Source: Candidatus Woesebacteria bacterium (GTDB taxonomy: Bacteria; Patescibacteriota; Microgenomatia; UBA8517). From it: 64,000 bases of DNA. Below, in pieces: positions 59,234-64,000 of the stretch. Numbering within the stretch: the stretch's first letter is position 1; each line of letters starts with the position of its first letter. The position numbers and the translations under genes are program-made. The stretch spans positions 178,277 through 242,276 of the forward strand of contig CP055308.1 in the NCBI GenBank assembly GCA_013374855.1. Reading direction: 5' to 3'. The notes below the pieces were generated by a model that was not told the DNA's origin, did no database searches, and was given only the letters and a program-made list of their open reading frames with translations.

Positions 59234-59903
59234 AAGAAATCTACCATTCGTAATTGCTAAACCTTATTCAGGACAATATCTTGAATTGCTATTGGAAACA
59301 ATATCGAAGAACGGATTACAACCTCACAGTATTTATGGAACTGATAGATGGGGAGATGTTGCAAGGCAAATTTATCAAAAAAATGTTGATAGAATCGGTC
59401 GTAAGTTTAAAGTTGGGTTGGAAGGGCATATTAGACTAGTAAATTTTCTTTTTGGTAATCGTGCTGTAGTGCTGTTCCTTGAAGGTAGCGGCAATACTAA
59501 TATGGATTTGCAAGAAGCATTATCCCTAACACAAGAGGTAAAGCGGAATTTACGAACACAAGCGCCAGGTGGAGAAAGACTAGAAGATATTATTGTATTT
59601 ATGAATCTAAAACAAGTAGATATAGGTTGTGACCCAGAAGGAATTTGCCCAACAGGAATTATTGGGATTAAAAACGACAGTGGGGAGTTTAAGGCAATCT
59701 CAAAAACATCCGGTACGTGGGATTTCTACTATTTTAAATATGTGCACGTGCCCGACAACATAGAGGATCTTCACGAAGAATTAACTACGCTAGACAAAAT
59801 GGGAGTACTTGATCCCAAAAATGAGATAGCGGTTCAAGATTTTTTGGTTATGGCGAAACTTCAAACATTGGTACCGCTGGACTTGATCAGAAAAGCTCCT
59901 TAA
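59220..59903 (+). CDS. Divergent nucleoside-diphosphate-kinase-like protein (paralog of 37499..38080), overlapping the upstream gene by 14 nt.
   Basis: FVIAKPYSGQYLELLLETISKNGL (compare NDK IKPDG...) and KYVHVPDNIEDLHEEL, closely mirroring NRVHVPDSDDHVREI of the 37.5-kb paralog. There are large insertions relative to canonical NDK. Confidence 0.4.
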   Translation: MKEIERNLPFVIAKPYSGQYLELLLETISKNGLQPHSIYGTDRWGDVARQIYQKNVDRIGRKFKVGLEGHIRLVNFLFGNRAVVLFLEGSGNTNMDLQEALSLTQEVKRNLRTQAPGGERLEDIIVFMNLKQVDIGCDPEGICPTGIIGIKNDSGEFKAISKTSGTWDFYYFKYVHVPDNIEDLHEELTTLDKMGVLDPKNEIAVQDFLVMAKLQTLVPLDLIRKAP

Positions 59904-60387
59904 TTACAATTGTTATTTCGCCAAACTCCACTTTGTCACCAGCAGATCTTCCTATAATTGCCCTAGCTAATGGTGCTTTTTCAGACAGAAGTCGGCAGCC
60001 CGCGAATTCGCCACCACCGCTTGGAGTGATTACTACTGTTTCTTCAAATGATTTTTCGTGTTCAGGGTCTTGCATCTCCCAAATCAACACACTTCCTACC
60101 CCGACTCTGTCGCAATTTTGATAACTATTTGCTAGTAGCGCATTTATCTCGTAGCTTTTTTCTCGATAATTGGCAGCTTGTTCTTGATAAATTCTTGCCT
60201 GAAGTTCAATCCTAATCATTTCATCTGGTTGCTTTGATTGCCATGGACCATCAACTTCAGCTTTAGACTTCATTGTTTCAACTGCTTTTTTTTGTGCTTC
60301 GTTTGCGCTTCTTTGAAGCTCAGAGGCAATTGCAACTAAAATAGCAGTTCTTCTATCAGTTATACCTTCCTTTTTTTCATTTGCCAT
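59887..60387 (-). CDS. GreA/GreB-family transcription elongation factor homolog.
   Basis: N-terminal coiled coil and C-terminal FKBP-like domain (VGVGSVLIWEMQDPEHEKSFEETVVITPSGGGEFAGCRLLSEKAPLARAIIGRSAGDKVEFGEITIVIKEL). Confidence 0.65.
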   Translation of the reverse strand: MANEKKEGITDRRTAILVAIASELQRSANEAQKKAVETMKSKAEVDGPWQSKQPDEMIRIELQARIYQEQAANYREKSYEINALLANSYQNCDRVGVGSVLIWEMQDPEHEKSFEETVVITPSGGGEFAGCRLLSEKAPLARAIIGRSAGDKVEFGEITIVIKELF

Positions 60388-60988
60388 ATATTAAATGTTG
60401 TTTAATGTTGTTTAGTAAATTTTTAACTAATTTTTTCTCATACAGCTTGTGGATGTGTCTATTCTCCCAATTTATGGCCCTATCATACTCTTTTTTAGAA
60501 TAAGGTTTGAGTCCTAAAGTCTCAGCCAGTATGTGTGGATCCAAATTTTCCTCTTGTGCTTCTATTTCCCATGTATAGTAGCTTTCAGTATATTTTGACA
60601 GTTTAACCTGAAAATTTTGATAACCATATTCCCAACTTTCCCAGAAATAAATCATGCCCTTGTCAAATCCTAAAATTTCAAGTAGTTCGAGTGCATTCAG
60701 AAATTGTCCCTCTTTTATTTCAACCTCCACTTCCCGTCTCTTTTTGAGGTGAAATTGTCCAACCTTTAGACTAATTTTTTCGTCATTCCCTGATTTTTTT
60801 AATCTCAAATCGAATTCGGAACCATTTTCCCAGTTTCTGGTTTTGGGATTAAAGCCAGGCGATAAATCAACAGAAAGTCGTAAGTAGTGCTTTTGCAGCT
60901 TACCTCCAATTTTTAACAGTTTCGCTACCCTCTTAAAATCATTTTTTGCGAGTTTTCCCCTTATTTCTACTTCTAGGTTTTTAGTCAT
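60377..60988 (-). CDS. CYTH-domain (triphosphate tunnel metalloenzyme / class IV adenylyl-cyclase-like) protein.
   Basis: N-terminal NLEVEIRGKL (ExExK) and alternating charged beta-strands (EVEVEIKEG ... YTWEIEAQE). Confidence 0.6.
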   Translation of the reverse strand: MTKNLEVEIRGKLAKNDFKRVAKLLKIGGKLQKHYLRLSVDLSPGFNPKTRNWENGSEFDLRLKKSGNDEKISLKVGQFHLKKRREVEVEIKEGQFLNALELLEILGFDKGMIYFWESWEYGYQNFQVKLSKYTESYYTWEIEAQEENLDPHILAETLGLKPYSKKEYDRAINWENRHIHKLYEKKLVKNLLNNIKQHLIYGK

Positions 60989-61149
60989 AATGCTATGAAT
61001 TTTATTATAAATTTACTACTAAATACAAGTTGTTATGGGACACACACCTTTCAGAAAATTAAATGAGCTCCTGTATGTATGCTAATGGCGGCTTTATTTT
61101 CAAAGATTGATTGTGGTATTTTGGTATTATACCAGATTAGATATTTGGT

Positions 61150-61330
61150 AAGTTTCTCGCTGAACCTCTACTCTTGAATATCAAGTTTATGCTTGTAGAT
61201 AAATTCTTCCTTGAAGGTTCGGTTGAATTTTTCAATGTAACCTTTGGTTTTGGGTGAGCTTGGATATATAAATTCATGATTGATTCCTAGTTTTGCCAGA
61301 TACTGGTTGATTTCTCACAAAATTCACCAC
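61150..61330 (-). mobile_element. Fragment of a DDE transposase (rve integrase-core C-terminal part).
   Basis: Minus-strand translation EINQYLAKLGINHEFIYPSSPKTKGYIEKFNRTFKEEFIYKHKL (compare ...P..NG.VERFNRTLKEE...). No intact ORF. Confidence 0.5.
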
Positions 61331-61409
61331 CATTACCTATTTAAACCACGCTTTTCATGGTTTATGAGAAAAAGCTAGGGTCGCCTTTTGTTATAAAGAC
61401 CCCAGCCTG

Positions 61410-61733
61410 TTAATCGAATCGCAAGGCCTTCCTAACTTCGCTAAGAGTTTCAATAGCATTTGGTCTTGCCACCTCATTTCCCTCTTGCAGAACGAAAGAA
61501 ATGTACGACGGATCCCGCATGATCTCGGCTCTTTTGGCCTGAAACTCCTCGATGAAATTCTGAACAATGCGAGTCAGAAGTTGCTTAAACTGACCCATTA
61601 CTGGCTTGCCAATCTTGTGCATCTTAATGATGGTATCTATCTCAGATGTACGTGAAGCCCCTTGGAACTTGCAACTACCCAACCTCTTCTGTGTATAATA
61701 TCTTCCCCAACAAAAAGCATTTCCTGCCCACAC
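61410..61733 (-). pseudogene. trpS: C-terminal fragment of a tryptophan--tRNA ligase gene.
   Basis: ...GQFKQLLTRIVQNFIEEFQAKRAEIMRDPSYISFVLQEGNEVARPNAIETLSEVRKALRF resembles the TrpS C-terminal helical region. The N-terminal 35 aa of the ORF are unrelated. Confidence 0.5.
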
Positions 61734-61798
61734 ATAGTTTCCTTTTTCGATTGCAATAATCGTCCAAGATCCTAATTTTGAAAATTAACGGTGGGGGT

Positions 61799-61872
61799 GG
61801 GATTCGAACCTCTGAGGGATTTCTCCCACAGGTTTTCAAGACCTGCGCCATAAACCACTCGGCCAACCCTCC
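61799..61872 (-). pseudogene. Truncated copy of tRNA-Ser(UGA): the 5' part through the T-loop is identical to 54794-54866, but the 3' T-stem/acceptor strand is replaced and cannot pair.
   Basis: Block A2 (61799-62013) is about 99% identical to A1 (54794-55007). Downstream of the T-loop it reads CCCACCCCCACCG instead of CCUCUACCCUCCG. Confidence 0.7.
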
Positions 61873-61972
61873 ATCTCTTAAAACAAACCCTTAGCAAACC
61901 AAAAACTAAAACTTAAGAATCAAAAAGCAGGTATATATATTCTATCAAATTTAGAAAGCAAACAGAAAAAAC

Positions 61973-62476
61973 CTAAATCTTTCTGCTATCATAAGCCCAG
62001 TGAAGAAGAGCCTGCCTTTGTTTCTTCCTGCAATTTAAATCACCAGGTTGACAATGTTTCCTAATCTGAGCAATATGTCTTTTCATTGCCTTCCACCTCT
62101 TAATCTGCCTTTTGTCGTCTGGATGCCTTCTGCCCATATAATAGCGACAGTACCACTGAAACCATCCTCTTGGATCATCTGGATGAATCCAACCTTTTTT
62201 CCGCCAAACAGACAATGGCTGGCTTGCATTAACTCCAAAAAAATTAAGATTAGGATCGTGTTTTTCAGAACATAATTTTGCCTTCAAAAACCAATCCTTA
62301 GGAAATTCATCTTGGCAATCAGTCATATATTTTCCACCAAAAACGCCAAGTTCCAACATTTCCTTGGGTGTCAGCTCAGGCTTGAACTCTGGATCAAAAT
62401 TATGTCCAGGTTTTTCAGTAAGATAATAAACATAATTCTTTTGCATTTTGTCATTTACTACAACTTTTTTTCTCAT
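61973..62476 (-). CDS. Hypothetical conserved basic/Trp-rich protein (167 aa).
   Basis: ORF only. The C-terminal 13 codons lie in the duplicated block A2. Confidence 0.4.
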   Translation of the reverse strand: MRKKVVVNDKMQKNYVYYLTEKPGHNFDPEFKPELTPKEMLELGVFGGKYMTDCQDEFPKDWFLKAKLCSEKHDPNLNFFGVNASQPLSVWRKKGWIHPDDPRGWFQWYCRYYMGRRHPDDKRQIKRWKAMKRHIAQIRKHCQPGDLNCRKKQRQALLHWAYDSRKI

Positions 62477-62565
62477 AATCTTATATTATTAGCGCAATTT
62501 TTCTTGCAAAAATTCATAAATGATAATAACCAAGCTAGTCAAAGAAGAAAAACGAAGACCTTAAG

Positions 62566-62651
62566 CGGTGGGTGTGGGATTCGAACCCACGGTAGCCTTA
62601 CGGCTACACACGCTCTCCAAGCGTGCGCACTAGTCCACTATGCGAACCCAC
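62566..62651 (-). tRNA. tRNA-Ser (anticodon GGA), type II.
   Basis: Acceptor GGUGGGU/ACCCACC, 3-bp D-stem, anticodon stem CACGC/GCGUG with loop UUGGAGA, variable arm GUAGCC-GUAA-GGCUAC, T-arm GUGGGUUCGAAUCCCAC. Confidence 0.8.
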
Positions 62652-62663
62652 CAAACAAACAAA

Positions 62664-63122
62664 TTAAGATGTCTTTTTGGCTTTCCTTTTTTCTAACCAA
62701 TTCTCAAGCTGTTTCTTGGCTTTCTTAAAAACTTCTTTTTCCCTAGCTAACCCCAACTTTCTTAAACCCGAAGAGAAATCAACCCAGGCAAATTCCTCAA
62801 ACCCCAGGACCTCTCCAGCTGATTTTTCAATAACAAGATAATAGACAATCCTCCTTGGTGATTTTTTACCATTATAATCCACTTCGTCTTCAATTCTATC
62901 GACCTCGTCTATAATCTTGCAATTCATACCCCCCTGTTCTCCCATTACCCTCAAAACTGTTCTAACTGAAGACTCACCTTTCCTAACTAAGGATTTAGGC
63001 AATTCCCACCTTTTGTTCTGAGGATCCTTTATCAAAAACCAAGAAACCCTGCCGTTTTTGGCTTTCCTAAAAACGACAGATCCAGCAACAAGTATTAAGT
63101 TATGGCTATTTAGATTAAACAT
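62664..63122 (-). CDS. NUDIX-fold protein with a degenerate Nudix box. The start is set at the internal Met (MFNLN...), because the listed N-terminus translates the tRNA-Ser(GCU) T-arm.
   Basis: ...WFLIKDPQNKRWELPKSLVRKGESSVRTVLRVMGEQGG... follows the Nudix pattern loosely (G.E....R.V.GE.GG). Confidence 0.4.
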   Translation of the reverse strand: MFNLNSHNLILVAGSVVFRKAKNGRVSWFLIKDPQNKRWELPKSLVRKGESSVRTVLRVMGEQGGMNCKIIDEVDRIEDEVDYNGKKSPRRIVYYLVIEKSAGEVLGFEEFAWVDFSSGLRKLGLAREKEVFKKAKKQLENWLEKRKAKKTS

Positions 63123-63130
63123 AACAAAAG

Positions 63131-63216
63131 CGGAGGTGGTGGGATTCGAACCCACGTGACCCTATCCGGGTCGAGGTTTAGCAAACCTCTGCCATCGACC
63201 ACTAGGCGACACCTCC
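63131..63216 (-). tRNA. tRNA-Ser (anticodon GCU), type II.
   Basis: Acceptor GGAGGUG/CACCUCC, anticodon stem GAGGU/ACCUC with loop UUGCUAA, long variable arm, T-arm GUGGGUUCGAAUCCCAC. Confidence 0.8.
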
Positions 63217-63277
63217 AACAAGTTAATTATACCAAAAGCTTTCACTTTTATTAAGAAGATTTGGTATAATCTTACAA

Positions 63278-63790
63278 GTGGAAAGCCCTGTCCCAGAAAA
63301 AATAATACAAAAACCTGTACAAGAAAAGGTTCTCTTTTCTTGGAAAGCCCATATAAGGCACTTTGAAAAGAAAAGCAAAGAATTTTACATAAACGCACTG
63401 GCTATTTTTTCAGTAATTGCGCTTATTATCTTTATTGCTGAAGGCTGGGTGCCTGTGATCTTACTGATCTCGCTTGGATTTTTGTACTTTGTTATGCATT
63501 CTGTTGAGCCAGAAATTGTTGATTATCAGATAACCAATCTTGGAATAAGAATAAAAGACAAACTAATAGATTGGGGTCAAATTACAAACTTTTGGATAAC
63601 AGAAAAGGAAGGTAGTGCAAAACTAAACCTTGGAATAACAACTATTCCCGGAAAAATAGAAATTGTTATAGAGCCAAAAGACAAAGAAAAAATAAAAAAC
63701 ACCCTTCAGGAATACCTACCTGAAGTAGAAATTCCTCCATCGTCTCTTGATAAATTGGCAAATTGGTTTTCAGCCAAAATAGAAAAATAG
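63278..63790 (+). CDS. Hypothetical membrane protein (two TM helices plus a C-terminal soluble domain); GTG start as listed.
   Basis: TM helices (ALAIFSVIALIIFIAEGWVPVILLISLGFLYFV). Confidence 0.45.
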   Translation: MESPVPEKIIQKPVQEKVLFSWKAHIRHFEKKSKEFYINALAIFSVIALIIFIAEGWVPVILLISLGFLYFVMHSVEPEIVDYQITNLGIRIKDKLIDWGQITNFWITEKEGSAKLNLGITTIPGKIEIVIEPKDKEKIKNTLQEYLPEVEIPPSSLDKLANWFSAKIEK

Positions 63791-63796
63791 CTTCTT

Positions 63797-63869
63797 GCAC
63801 CCGTAGTTCAACGGACAGAACGTTTGGTTGCGGACCAAAAGGTTGGAGGTTCAATTCCTCCCGGGTGCA
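63797..63869 (+). tRNA. tRNA-Arg (anticodon GCG).
   Basis: Acceptor GCACCCG/CGGGUGC, D-arm GUAGUUCAACGGACAGAAC, anticodon stem UUUGG/CCAAA with loop UUGCGGA, T-arm GAGGUUCAAUUCCUC (same backbone as tRNA-Arg(CCG) at 54.7 kb). The ORF 63666..63872 is spurious. Confidence 0.75.
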
Positions 63870-64000
63870 CACTTTAATCTTATAAATACATATTCTGCAA
63901 AATAGCTTTGTCTACCTCTTGCAATTGGAGTTTGCCCTCAAAGAAAGTAGCACTTGCTGTCTACTTGGTGTTCAGAAGGCAGATGTTGTAAAATTTGCCT

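Noticed and set aside
55011-61872. Classical tRNA-3'-end att-site integration at tRNA-Ser(UGA).
   Set aside because: The duplicated segment contains the 5' part and upstream flank of the tRNA rather than its 3' end, and is about 214 bp long. Reported as a segmental duplication or rearrangement, not as canonical attL/attR.

Overview
This AT-rich window is bacterial and gene-dense. It has the character of a small-genome, CPR/Patescibacteria-like organism (inferred from compact genes, many secreted or membrane hypothetical proteins, archaeal-type triosephosphate isomerase, class I fructose-bisphosphate aldolase and a split transketolase). The layout has three parts.

1. Conserved central-carbon backbone (about 1-29.5 kb). 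It encodes a 2-hydroxyacid dehydrogenase, a PfkB kinase, class I FBA, Mpg glycosylase, split transketolase, a LOG protein, Rpe, GAPDH, PGK, RpiB, archaeal-type TIM and a glutaredoxin. It is interrupted at 9.2-10.9 kb by a radical-SAM/SPASM maturase with a PqqD-like N-terminus, followed by a 92-aa Cys/Pro-rich peptide; this pair is a candidate RiPP locus. Housekeeping genes follow: an LCP protein, a DUF1295 membrane protein, Nnr, an ECF sigma factor with a putative membrane anti-sigma partner, HisS, an NHL-repeat propeller protein, and an arsR-thioredoxin-permease operon.

2. Accessory region (about 29.5-50.5 kb), ending at a tRNA-Asn 3' end. It looks like tandem, decayed integrative elements, marked by three remnants of a serine-recombinase gene (29.6, 41.0-41.3 and 45.7-46.1 kb), 35-bp direct repeats (33.13 and 41.32 kb), excisionase-type HTH genes (one a pseudogene), gene fragments and ORF-free stretches. 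Cargo includes:
- a secreted SNase-Excalibur nuclease;
- a nucleotide/sugar-modifying module (HD-MazG, two nucleotidyltransferases, NDK-like kinase, NUDIX, GT4, GT2, CAP protein);
- a restriction/defence-like module (PD-(D/E)xK-like protein, frameshifted EcoRI-methylase-family N6-adenine methyltransferase, DUF262-HNH, DUF3800);
- an isoprenoid-synthase/GT2/two SAM-methyltransferases/NUDIX cluster.

3. Housekeeping genes and the viperin island (50.5-64 kb). These include a cupin, RpoD, DnaG and five tRNAs (Asn, Arg-CCG, Ser-TGA, Ser-GGA, Ser-GCT, Arg-GCG). A roughly 6-kb island is bracketed by duplicated segments, one of which contains the 5' part of tRNA-Ser(TGA) and leaves a truncated tRNA copy. 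The island carries IS3-family and rve transposase remnants and a trpS fragment, and an operon that I consider the most interesting system in the window. That operon encodes a SpeH-like AdoMet decarboxylase, a viperin-like radical-SAM enzyme (pVip-like), a DUF43/BpsA-like aminopropyltransferase and a divergent NDK-like kinase, next to Gre-factor and CYTH genes. No CRISPR array or rRNA was found.
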